From the NCBI GenBank assembly GCA_039181265.1, contig JBCDCU010000001.1:4134-68133 (forward strand): a stretch of 64,000 bases of DNA, given 5' to 3'. Under the pieces are notes generated by a model. It worked only from the letters and a program-made list of their open reading frames with translations. It made no database searches and was not told the origin of the DNA. This DNA is from Pseudomonadota bacterium (GTDB taxonomy: Bacteria; Pseudomonadota; Alphaproteobacteria; Rhizobiales; JACESI01). Shown here one piece after another: positions 46,148 to 55,177 of this stretch (its first letter is position 1; every line of letters begins with the position of its first letter). Both the position numbers and the translations under genes were made by a program.

Positions 46148-49100
46148 TTAAGCAGCAGCCTCTTCCGCCGACGGCTCGGCTTTCACTGAAGATGTGCCCA
46201 TCAAATCAGCCGCAAGCCGGTTGGCACCGCCAATGTCGAGTTTACCGGTTCCAAGAAGCGGGATCGCATCAACGCCGAACACGGTCTTCGGCACCATAAT
46301 CTCGCCGATACCCTTCGACTTTGCGAAAGTGAGCAATGCCTTTGCGTTGATCGCATCATCGTTGCCTTCACAAAGAAGCACGATCTGTTCGCCCTTCTTT
46401 TCATGCGGCAGGGCAACTGCACAGCAGGGTGTTTCCGGCCAGAGCTCGTTCGCAAGGCTTTCAACGGCGGTCAAAGAGACCATTTCACCACCGATCTTCG
46501 CGAAACGCTTGACGCGTCCTTTGATCGTGATGAAGCCCTTGTCATCGATGCTCACGATGTCTCCCGTGTCGTGCCATCCATCAACGGGCGGTTGAATGAC
46601 GCCAGGATTATCCACTTTGAGATATCCCATCATCACGTTCGGCCCGGTGACATGAAGACGGCCACCGTCCTCAACACCTGTCACAGGCTCAAGACGCGCT
46701 TCCATACCTGGCAGAAGGCGACCGACCGTGCCCGGCACATTGGCAAGCGGCGTGTTGATGGAAAGAACGGGAGCGGTTTCCGTCGTTCCGTAACCTTCCA
46801 GAACCCGTAGACCGAATTTCTCCGACCAGACCTGACGGGTCTCGGGGCGGACACGCTCCGCACCGGCAAACACATAGCGCAGAGAATAAAAATCGTAGGC
46901 GTGGGCCATACGCGCATATCCGCTCAGGAACGTGTCCGTGCCGAACATAACGGTCGCGTTCGTATCGTAGGCAATCTCAGGCACGATCCGATAGTGAAGC
47001 GGCGACGGATAAAGGAAGGTCGGCACACCACTCAGCAGCGGCAGAAGCGTTCCAGCCGTCAAGCCGAAAGAGTGGAACATCGGCAATGCGTTCAACACCT
47101 TGTCTTTCGGTGAGAAATCAATCACCGACGAGACCTGATTGCGGTTTGCCTGAATGTTGGCGTGGCTCAGAACAACCCCTTTCGGAAGCCCCTCGGAGCC
47201 AGATGTGAAAAGCACGACCGCTTTATCTTCCGGCTTGGCCGAACCGCCAGCCTGCATCCGGAAGGCAAGCTTCGGAAACTTCGCTTTGACGAAGCCGCGA
47301 ACCTTGTCGAAGGTCGAGATCTCTTCGCGGATGTCTTCCAGGTAGACCACCTCTGCCATTTCACCGACAGCTTCGATCAGGGCATCGAGCTTTCCAAGGT
47401 CCACAAAGCGCCGGGATGTGAAGACCGATTTGATCTCAGCGGCAGTGATTGCGGCCTGAATGCCCGCACGACCAGCGGTAAAGTTCAGCATTGCGGGTGT
47501 GAACCCGTAAGCCTGGCATGCAAAGAAGCTCACAACGCAGCCGTTCGAATTCGGCAGAAGAAGTCCGACCGTATCGCCAGCCTTTGCATGTTTCGTCATC
47601 TTGGCACCGAGGATGAACGATCCCGCAATGATCCGATCATAGGAAATCGGAGTGCGTTCCATATCCTCAAGGACCGCGGGCGTGCCGAAGGTGGTTTTCG
47701 CGTCGATCAGGCTTTCAAAAAGCGTGGTCCGAGGCCGCTTCGTATCGAAGACCATTTGAGCCATCACTTCATGAAGCGCTGAGGCAGCAGCGGCTCGTTT
47801 CTTGCGCCCAACGAGGCCCTCCGGAATGCTGATTTCCTGCTTTTCAAGGACCGTCAGCGTGATCTCGGGAAACCACTTCGTCGGAAGTTTGTCGTTGAGG
47901 TAAGACACTTTCGAGAATTGCGCGCCTTCGATATGGATCGGGATCAACGGTGCACCGGCTTTCTCGGCAATCATCGCCGGACCATCATAGACCTTCATGA
48001 GCGCGCCCGTGCGTGTCAGGCGGCCTTCAGGGAAGATGATCAGGCGGCGTTTTTCATCACGCACCTGTTTCACCATTTTGCGCACCGAAAGCGGGCTTGT
48101 CGGATCAACAGTGACGAGATCGAAGAACAGGAAGGCCGGGCGCACCCACCATGCTTTGGCGATCTGGGTATTGATCGCAAAGGCTGGACGTCCAGGCAGA
48201 AGGCATCCGAGCAAGACCGCATCGAGATAGGATACGTGGTTGGCGATAACGACGGCAGGCGCGTTTGGATCACCATATCCTTCAAGGTTCTTCACGCGCG
48301 CTTTGAAAAGCGTGCGCAGGAGCGACGCACCGACGGATTTAATCACTTCGGATGCGAGTTTCACGAAGAGATATCCAGCAAGGACAATCGAAAGAGCGGC
48401 AAAACCGAACAATAAAGCCGGGAACTCGAACCCGATCGCGAGCAACCCAGTCGCTGCGAGACTCACAGCAACCATCAGAAGCGAGTTCAGGATGTTGCTT
48501 CCCGCAATCGCGGTTGAGCGGTTTTCGTCTTCGGTCACCGTCTGGAAGATCGCATAGAGCGGTACGGTGAAAACTGCGCCGAAGAAAGCAACGGCAACCA
48601 TGTCAAACAGGATTCGAACCCTATCAAAGGACGCTAGGAGATCGGTCACACCAACAGCGGAGACAGGTGGTGTATAGGCCTGCAGCGCAAAACCGAAATC
48701 TGCGAGGAATACCGCCATACCAAGCACACCAAATGGGACGTGCCGTGGTGAGATGTCACCTTTGAGGAGCTTTGAGATCGCAAAGGTTCCCAAGCCAATC
48801 CCGATAACAAACGCCGCGACAAGGATGTTTGCTGCGTTGGCCGTAAGATTGAGCATATCCTTCGCAACGCCCGGAAGCGTGCTGATGACCACAAGACCAA
48901 TCGCCCAGAACCAAGCAATTGCAAGCGTCGTTTGCAGAAGGGTCCGATTGGCGAGGACCGCTTTGACGGCTGTGATCGAACTCGTCACCGGGTTTTTGGA
49001 AAGCGTCACGCCGTCCTTCAGGAAAGAAGGGATAGACGGCAGTCGCAAGCTCGAAACATAGCTGAGAGCTGAACCGGCGATCAGAAGACCTGCCAACACA

Positions 49101-49624
49101 CCAGTGTGACCGTTGCCGGCGAGATACCCACCGACGAGAAGACCAAGCAGGATCGCAATGAAAGTCGAGCTTTCGAAGAGTGCGTTAGCTGAAACCAAAT
49201 GCTTGCGCGCCAACATCTGCGGCAGAATAGAATACTTCGCCGGACCGAAGACCGTCGATTGCACCGCGTAAAGGAAAAGGGTCAACAAGAGCAGAGGGCC
49301 CGATTGCGTGAAGAGCGCACCGGTTGCAAGGACCGCGAGGCCGATTTCGACCAGACGTGTCCGCTGGACGATCGTTGCTTTGTCGTATTGATCGTTGAGC
49401 GCACCCGAGACACCGGAAAACATGAGAAACGGTGCGATATAGATGATCGCTCCAAGCATCAGGGCAATATCGGTGGAGAGCCCGAACAGAGACAGTCCGC
49501 CGAAAGCCACCAGGAAGGAGAATGCGCTCTTCAAGGTGTTGTCGGTGAATGCACCCAGGAATTGTGTGATGAAGAGCGGGAAGAACGTTTTGTCTTTGAA
49601 GAGTTCGTTACGCGGCAAAAACAT
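46148..49624 (-). CDS. Triple-fusion lysophospholipid transporter (MFS, LplT-like) / acyltransferase (PlsC-type) / acyl-ACP synthetase (Aas-like)
   Basis: N-terminal MFS domain with about 12 TM segments; H(X)4D box NHVSYLD; AMP-binding LFTSGSEGLPKGVVLSH. ATG 49624 is preceded by AAGGA. Confidence 0.88.
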   Translation of the reverse strand: MFLPRNELFKDKTFFPLFITQFLGAFTDNTLKSAFSFLVAFGGLSLFGLSTDIALMLGAIIYIAPFLMFSGVSGALNDQYDKATIVQRTRLVEIGLAVLATGALFTQSGPLLLLTLFLYAVQSTVFGPAKYSILPQMLARKHLVSANALFESSTFIAILLGLLVGGYLAGNGHTGVLAGLLIAGSALSYVSSLRLPSIPSFLKDGVTLSKNPVTSSITAVKAVLANRTLLQTTLAIAWFWAIGLVVISTLPGVAKDMLNLTANAANILVAAFVIGIGLGTFAISKLLKGDISPRHVPFGVLGMAVFLADFGFALQAYTPPVSAVGVTDLLASFDRVRILFDMVAVAFFGAVFTVPLYAIFQTVTEDENRSTAIAGSNILNSLLMVAVSLAATGLLAIGFEFPALLFGFAALSIVLAGYLFVKLASEVIKSVGASLLRTLFKARVKNLEGYGDPNAPAVVIANHVSYLDAVLLGCLLPGRPAFAINTQIAKAWWVRPAFLFFDLVTVDPTSPLSVRKMVKQVRDEKRRLIIFPEGRLTRTGALMKVYDGPAMIAEKAGAPLIPIHIEGAQFSKVSYLNDKLPTKWFPEITLTVLEKQEISIPEGLVGRKKRAAAASALHEVMAQMVFDTKRPRTTLFESLIDAKTTFGTPAVLEDMERTPISYDRIIAGSFILGAKMTKHAKAGDTVGLLLPNSNGCVVSFFACQAYGFTPAMLNFTAGRAGIQAAITAAEIKSVFTSRRFVDLGKLDALIEAVGEMAEVVYLEDIREEISTFDKVRGFVKAKFPKLAFRMQAGGSAKPEDKAVVLFTSGSEGLPKGVVLSHANIQANRNQVSSVIDFSPKDKVLNALPMFHSFGLTAGTLLPLLSGVPTFLYPSPLHYRIVPEIAYDTNATVMFGTDTFLSGYARMAHAYDFYSLRYVFAGAERVRPETRQVWSEKFGLRVLEGYGTTETAPVLSINTPLANVPGTVGRLLPGMEARLEPVTGVEDGGRLHVTGPNVMMGYLKVDNPGVIQPPVDGWHDTGDIVSIDDKGFITIKGRVKRFAKIGGEMVSLTAVESLANELWPETPCCAVALPHEKKGEQIVLLCEGNDDAINAKALLTFAKSKGIGEIMVPKTVFGVDAIPLLGTGKLDIGGANRLAADLMGTSSVKAEPSAEEAAA

Positions 49625-49692
49625 AATCTTTTCCTTTCGAAAGAAAGGAGGTCGATACTCTTCAATAAAAGAAGATATCGACCTCTTAACTA

Positions 49693-49974
49693 TCAAGCGG
49701 CCTCTTTACGGCCAATATCCATCAATAATTTTTCGGTTTTGGCATCCTCGATCCTATGGACAAGACGTTTAGATTCTTGTTCATCGCGGATCGTTTTTGT
49801 GACGGTAATTGCAGACTGAACAATCATAAGTGTTGCCATGGTTAAGAACCCCTTAGTTGCGAGATCAAGCGGCAAGAAGAAGATTCCAATTCCCATCATC
49901 GCCATCGATATTCCGAAATTTGCGATCGTGAATGATTTCCAGGCTGCAGTATTTTGAATATTTGATTCAGTCAT
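49693..49974 (-). CDS. YiaA/YiaB two-helix membrane protein family
   Basis: 93 aa; FTIANFGISMAMMGIGIFFLPLDLATKGFLTMATLMIVQSAITVTKTIRDEQE. Confidence 0.7.
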   Translation of the reverse strand: MTESNIQNTAAWKSFTIANFGISMAMMGIGIFFLPLDLATKGFLTMATLMIVQSAITVTKTIRDEQESKRLVHRIEDAKTEKLLMDIGRKEAA

Positions 49975-50008
49975 TTTCTTTCTCCGTTACTGGTTTGAGG
50001 TGGTATTG

Positions 50009-50698
50009 CTATTTTTCAGAAGCAGTTAGTCTTGATTTCAGACGAGCGAGCACGTCTTCCGCACTTGTCTTGATCGCCGGACCACACCCGGCTTCGGCGA
50101 GTTTTTCAGCGACCTTTTCCGGGTCGGCGGATTGCGAGAATGTGTTGAGGGCATCCTCGGTCGCATCGATATGTTGCTGGCGTGCTCTGAGGCGGTTGAG
50201 TGTTTCTTCCGCTTCCACGAGGGTGCTGAGCCCGGAGCCGGGGACGTCCTGACGAATACGGTGCGCCTTATCGGTTGCGGTCGCAATCCGTTGACCCCGC
50301 CGCAGGTCCTTAAGACGCGTTTCAGCCGTCAGCACGTTTGTCCGCAGGCGCTGTATTTCCTTCGAAAAAGTGGCTTGAGCTTCTTCGCTGTCCTTTAGCT
50401 CGGTCTCGAGGGTTGCGATCGTCTCTGCTGCTTCCTCCGCAAGGTCGGATTTTTCGGCTTCCAACGCCGCGATCGCTCGCGTCTCCAGATCCTCGACCTG
50501 TTTACGCATTCGTTCGCAGTGCGCTTTTTCCTGTTCGTTATGGGCGATCGCGACCGCGACAGCCTTCCGAGCAGCTTCTACAGCTTTCGCAGCATCGCGC
50601 ATTTGCTGTTGAAGAATGAGCAGCGCATGTCGGTCGGTAATCTCTTCGGCGGCGTTGTGACTGGCCGCTCGAAATAGCGTGAATAATTGTTTGAACAT
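50009..50698 (-). CDS. PspA/IM30 family membrane-stress protein
   Basis: Long coiled coil with a family-like N-terminus MFKQLFTLFRA...LILQQQMRDA and LAEEAA. ATG 50698 is preceded by GGAG. Confidence 0.78.
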   Translation of the reverse strand: MFKQLFTLFRAASHNAAEEITDRHALLILQQQMRDAAKAVEAARKAVAVAIAHNEQEKAHCERMRKQVEDLETRAIAALEAEKSDLAEEAAETIATLETELKDSEEAQATFSKEIQRLRTNVLTAETRLKDLRRGQRIATATDKAHRIRQDVPGSGLSTLVEAEETLNRLRARQQHIDATEDALNTFSQSADPEKVAEKLAEAGCGPAIKTSAEDVLARLKSRLTASEK

Positions 50699-50714
50699 TG
50701 CCGATACTCCATTT

Positions 50715-50729
50715 GTGAACATTGTTCAC
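50715..50729. promoter_or_regulatory. Operator-like palindrome GTGAACA-T-TGTTCAC
   Basis: Perfect 7-1-7 inverted repeat in the pspA-like/tetR divergent spacer. Confidence 0.6.
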
Positions 50730-50769
50730 GATTGAATTTACGCAGATCCTCGCTATAGTCAAGAAGAAA

Positions 50770-50784
50770 ATGAACAATGTTCAC
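50770..50784. promoter_or_regulatory. Second operator-like palindrome aTGAACA-A-TGTTCAc
   Basis: 6-1-6 inverted repeat with the same half-site, 20 nt upstream of the tetR ATG. Confidence 0.6.
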
Positions 50785-50803
50785 GAAATGAAGGCGTTGG
50801 TTA

Positions 50804-51385
50804 ATGGCAGGAAAACGGGAAGCGCTTCGGCAGGATCTGACAAACCGTTTGATCGAGGCGGCCACAAACAGGATCATCACGTCCGGACTGAACGCGCTGC
50901 GAGCGCGGCAGATCGCGGAGGATGCGAAGTGTGCGCTTGGAACGATCTACAAGTGCTTTGCGGATTTCGACGACCTGATATTGCACGTGAATTCAAGAAC
51001 TCTTGCCGCCCTTGGTGCGGCGCTCAAAAAAGCAATGTCCGAGAGTGGTGAAGGCGAAACACCACTTGAAATCCTCGCTGTCGCTTATATGCGCTTTGCG
51101 AAGGAGAACACGCATCTGTGGGCCGCGCTCTTCGAACACCGGATGCCGCAGAATGTCCCTGTTCCCGATTGGCATCTCGAAGAGCATTCCGCCTTGTTCG
51201 ATAACCTGTCGAGCATCATTTCCGGAAGCTCAGAGGGGCTTTCAGCTGAGGAGGCGAATGTGCGCGCCCGCACTTATTTCTCGGCAATCCACGGTATTGT
51301 CTCAATTAGCCTTCAGGACCGTTTTGTCGGCGTCCCTCTGGAAAGGCTGGAGGACGAAGTGCGCACATTTGCACGCGCGCTTTGA
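50804..51385 (+). CDS. TetR/AcrR family transcriptional regulator
   Basis: N-terminal HTH LRARQIAEDAKCALGTIYKCFADFDDL; 193 aa. Confidence 0.88.
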   Translation: MAGKREALRQDLTNRLIEAATNRIITSGLNALRARQIAEDAKCALGTIYKCFADFDDLILHVNSRTLAALGAALKKAMSESGEGETPLEILAVAYMRFAKENTHLWAALFEHRMPQNVPVPDWHLEEHSALFDNLSSIISGSSEGLSAEEANVRARTYFSAIHGIVSISLQDRFVGVPLERLEDEVRTFARAL

Positions 51386-51426
51386 CCCTTCCCCGTAACC
51401 GCTATTGAACCAGCACCTGAACGCCC

Positions 51427-53076
51427 ATGTCACCCATCAAGCGAAGTCTCCTTGCGGTTGCATTCATCGTCTTTCTCGCAGCAAGCGCCGCATGGTTCTT
51501 TTCAGTCCACGAAACCCCTTCGCTCACCAGAGCAAGCAATATTGACGCGCTGGAAGGACCGGAACTCGGCGCCGCCGAATTTGAGGGCGCCTCCTTTGGC
51601 GGCATCAGCATGACGGCCCTTGAGACCCATGCTGTTCCATGGCGGCTTGTCGCGGCCGCCCTCATTCTTGATGAGAAAGCGGACAATCCAGACGCCGAGG
51701 TTTCACGAGAAACACTCAATAGCATTCTTGCTCGGTTTGGCTTTTTGGTTGGGGCGACACCCGTTAATCGGCCCTCCATTATCACACCGTCGGAGAGCGT
51801 CCTTCCACTTGGATTCACATACGGAGATCTCGCTCCAATTGGCGGAGCGAACGTGTTCGTCGCCAATCTTGGATGTGCCGCCTGCCATGCCGGGGTCACT
51901 TATGATGAAAACGGTCGACCGCAACCGGATCGGGCCTGGCTGGGCATGCCGAACACGTCGATTAATCTCGAAGCCTATGTCACATCGGTTTTCGAAGCAC
52001 TCGTCAGGCAAGCCGACAATACGGAAACGTTTCTTGCCACCGTTGGCGATCTCTTCCCGGAATTGCATGTCAGTGAAGCCCTCACTCTGCGCTTCTTTGT
52101 GCTTCCAATTGTAAAAGATCGACTGGCAGAGTTGTCGGAAGCACGCGCTCCCCTGCCCTTTCCAAATGGTGTTCCAGGAAGCACGAACGGTGTCGCGGCC
52201 CTCAAATGGGCATTCGGAACACCGCTTCTTGAAGGTGGCCCGAACGATAACGGTATCGTATCGATCCCCGATCTCGGCCACCGGTCATGGCGGACAAGCC
52301 TTCTTGCTGACAGCGCCTACGCACCGACGGGAAAACCACGCCAGCGCCAAATCAGGAAAAGCGACATTTCTGAAGGCCACCTTAGCGATCTCGCCGCGAT
52401 CACGACATTCTTCACCGTACCAAGTATGGGCGTTGACTCCGGCACGGCAATTCATCATCTCGACAAGGCAACGGCGATTTTCGACTTTATCGAGAACGCT
52501 TACGCGCCGCAGGCGTTTCCGGGCACAATCGACAGTGTAGCCGCACAACGCGGCGCCCGTATCTACAACGAAAATTGTTCGGAATGCCACGGCACCTACG
52601 AATGGCAGGGTGAGCGACCGGTCCTTGCGCTTTTCCCAAACTGGCTAGGTGATGTCGGAACCGATCCGCTTCGCGCGAGGACTTTCACTCAGGACCTAGC
52701 AGACGCGATTGGAGAAACATCGCACAAGAACGTCCTGAGCGCCGTCTCGACCGGTAAATATGCGGCACCACCGCTTACCGGTGCCTGGGCATCTGCGCCT
52801 TATCTTCACAACGGATCTGTTCCGACCATCACCGCGCTCCTCAGCCCGGATCTGCGACCCACCCGCTTTCAGGTGGGTGGTCATTCGCTCGACTTTCAAA
52901 ATCTCGGTATTGCACTTCGAAACGGTGGCGGTTTCCCGGAAGACTACAAACCGTTTTCAGAACCTGTTTGGTTTGACACATCGATTACGGGCCATGGCAA
53001 CGATGGTCATGAGTTCGGAAGCGAATTGAGCGATGACGAAAAACGCGACCTCATCGAATTCCTGAAGCTCTTGTAA
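51427..53076 (+). CDS. Secreted di-haem c-type cytochrome (peroxidase-like, family uncertain)
   Basis: N-terminal TM/signal segment; two CxxCH motifs (LGCAACHAG, NCSECHGTY); a C-terminal EKRDLIEFLKLL reminiscent of the CCP/MauG-like C-terminus. Confidence 0.65.
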   Translation: MSPIKRSLLAVAFIVFLAASAAWFFSVHETPSLTRASNIDALEGPELGAAEFEGASFGGISMTALETHAVPWRLVAAALILDEKADNPDAEVSRETLNSILARFGFLVGATPVNRPSIITPSESVLPLGFTYGDLAPIGGANVFVANLGCAACHAGVTYDENGRPQPDRAWLGMPNTSINLEAYVTSVFEALVRQADNTETFLATVGDLFPELHVSEALTLRFFVLPIVKDRLAELSEARAPLPFPNGVPGSTNGVAALKWAFGTPLLEGGPNDNGIVSIPDLGHRSWRTSLLADSAYAPTGKPRQRQIRKSDISEGHLSDLAAITTFFTVPSMGVDSGTAIHHLDKATAIFDFIENAYAPQAFPGTIDSVAAQRGARIYNENCSECHGTYEWQGERPVLALFPNWLGDVGTDPLRARTFTQDLADAIGETSHKNVLSAVSTGKYAAPPLTGAWASAPYLHNGSVPTITALLSPDLRPTRFQVGGHSLDFQNLGIALRNGGGFPEDYKPFSEPVWFDTSITGHGNDGHEFGSELSDDEKRDLIEFLKLL

Positions 53077-53082
53077 TTTGCT

Positions 53083-54087
53083 TCACACAGCATCCGGGAT
53101 GATGATCTCCTCAACCGGCAGGCGCGCCCTCGCCGCAGCTTCGTCTCTTGCCACATCACTTACAAGCGGCTTTCCGAAAACGAAGGCCGTCAGAAGTTTT
53201 CGATCGTTGGAAAGACCGGCTTTCTTGTGAAGGACCGCACACGTCTCGGCATCGTCGGTCAGTGCTGCGACGACCTGCGAAGAAAAACCAGCTTTCTCGA
53301 TTTCGAGCCAATGGCGATAAAAGTGCCTGCCGCTTTCAAGCGGTGTTTCCTCGACTGGTCTGTGCACAAGTAGGAACCCAGCAGCGCGGGAATATCGCTT
53401 CGCCTCCGATACTAAAAAACCGGCGAGCCCGAGCTTGTGCAAGACACCAAAGGTCCGGCCAAGGACGAAAAAAGCGGCAAGGGCTTCAAACCCGCTCATA
53501 TGCATTGCTTTGGCATTGAGGCCATCGCGGGACCAGTGCGGATGAACGGGCTTAAACCGCATCCATGACACGAGCTCTTCCCGAAAATCAGCATCAGCCA
53601 TAAATCTCAGGCTCGCACCATCGGCGAGGCGACCAATCTGCCGGACGTCGTCATTACCCGCAAAGATCGCGCAGGACGATCCGCCAAGGGAAACAGCCCG
53701 CTCACGATCTTCATCAGTCGCTCGTTCAAAAGGTCCGCGCCAGGAACGGCGACTTTCGACAAAAGCTGCGAGAGCGTCAACCTCGCCGCCGGGGCTGAAG
53801 TGCAAGGCACCAAGGTGTTGATATGCACCGCTCTCTGAAACAGTCTTTTCAGCCTCAAATCGCGTCGAGAACCCTTGCCGCGATGCCGCGATCGCTGCGC
53901 CCTCGAGACAGGCACCGGCGCTGATCATTACATCGCGGTCTGTCGGGTCGCCATGCGGAAGGCGAACGCTACGGTCCCGCATGAGGATAAGGCGATCGTC
54001 ATCGAACACCCATCTAACCGGCTGTATATTGTGGACGCTCGGCGCAAGACTGGCTTCTTCAACAATCGTTTTGAGATCGGGTTTCAT
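53083..54087 (-). CDS. Acg-type (tandem) nitroreductase-family FMN oxidoreductase
   Basis: EASLAPSVHNIQPVRW near the N-terminus; about 334 aa. ATG 54087 lies 1 nt after the upstream stop. Confidence 0.65.
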   Translation of the reverse strand: MKPDLKTIVEEASLAPSVHNIQPVRWVFDDDRLILMRDRSVRLPHGDPTDRDVMISAGACLEGAAIAASRQGFSTRFEAEKTVSESGAYQHLGALHFSPGGEVDALAAFVESRRSWRGPFERATDEDRERAVSLGGSSCAIFAGNDDVRQIGRLADGASLRFMADADFREELVSWMRFKPVHPHWSRDGLNAKAMHMSGFEALAAFFVLGRTFGVLHKLGLAGFLVSEAKRYSRAAGFLLVHRPVEETPLESGRHFYRHWLEIEKAGFSSQVVAALTDDAETCAVLHKKAGLSNDRKLLTAFVFGKPLVSDVARDEAAARARLPVEEIIIPDAV

Positions 54088-54088
54088 C

Positions 54089-55177
54089 TCACAGCACCTT
54101 TTTGAAGAGGTGCAGACGATGAAGAGGCTTTGCTCCGAGCTTTTCCGCCTGGCGCAGGCTTGCCGCATTGATATCGGCAATCCACGTTAAACCGAGCTCC
54201 CGATACCCGGCGGTACGGAGCGCTTTAAGCGTCCGGTCGAGCATTGCACCCATAATGCCGCGCCCATGGCATTTTCGGGCCACCGAATAAAATATGATCA
54301 CCGCACGCTTCCGGTTCAGCCGATAGCGTAAATAGTGAAAGGGTGTCAGAAGTCCGAAACGGGATTTCGTCGCCCGCAAAAAGCCATTGAGATCAGGAAT
54401 GCAGATCACGACACCAACCGGTTCATTGTCGCACAGAAGGACACTGGAAAGCCGCGGATCCAGGATCGTCATCATCTCACCCGCCTGAAAGACAAACTCT
54501 TCCTTTGATAGCGCTACGAACATCGGATTGTCGGCAAAGCCATCATTAAGCACGAGCCGCGCATCCTCCATGCGCGCCGGAAAGCTTTTCTTTTCGATGG
54601 GTGTAAACGAATAGGAGGCGTTCGACGGCAATGTCTTTTCGGTGAGTTTCGCACTGGCAAGATCAAGCGAGAATGTTGTCATCGGGAAGTATGCTTCAAA
54701 CCCGTTTGCTTCCAGAAGGCGCGGAATATGAGGTGGATTCTGCACCATATCCGTAAAGCCATGATGATCGAAACCATCAGTCTGAACGCCGCATTGCTGC
54801 ATCGCCGTCAGATTGAAATTCCCGCATAGCGTGTCGAAGCCGCCCGCTCTCGCCCATTGGGATGCCGCCTCAAGCAAAGCCCCTGCGACCTCTCCATTGT
54901 CTTCACAATCGAAGAAACCGAAGCTTGCCTGATTGGTCTTGTGCAAAGCGTTCGAGGCCGCGTGATTGTGGACCACGATCCGACCCGCCGGACGACCATT
55001 TCTAATTGCGGTGAAATACGTGAAATCATCCTCGGAGGGGAAAAGCGGGTTCACGCCCGCCGAGAGCATGCGCTTAAGGTCGGATCGCATCGGAGAGACA
55101 TAGGCATCACTCGAAGGATAAACGGCGAATGGAACCTCAAAGAAATCGTCAAAACTTCGCTCTCTGATTTCGACCAT
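54089..55177 (-). CDS. GNAT-family acyltransferase-like protein (long form, about 360 aa)
   Basis: C-terminal GNAT core VARKCHGRGIMGAMLDRTLKALRTAGYRELGLTWI. Confidence 0.6.
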   Translation of the reverse strand: MVEIRERSFDDFFEVPFAVYPSSDAYVSPMRSDLKRMLSAGVNPLFPSEDDFTYFTAIRNGRPAGRIVVHNHAASNALHKTNQASFGFFDCEDNGEVAGALLEAASQWARAGGFDTLCGNFNLTAMQQCGVQTDGFDHHGFTDMVQNPPHIPRLLEANGFEAYFPMTTFSLDLASAKLTEKTLPSNASYSFTPIEKKSFPARMEDARLVLNDGFADNPMFVALSKEEFVFQAGEMMTILDPRLSSVLLCDNEPVGVVICIPDLNGFLRATKSRFGLLTPFHYLRYRLNRKRAVIIFYSVARKCHGRGIMGAMLDRTLKALRTAGYRELGLTWIADINAASLRQAEKLGAKPLHRLHLFKKVL

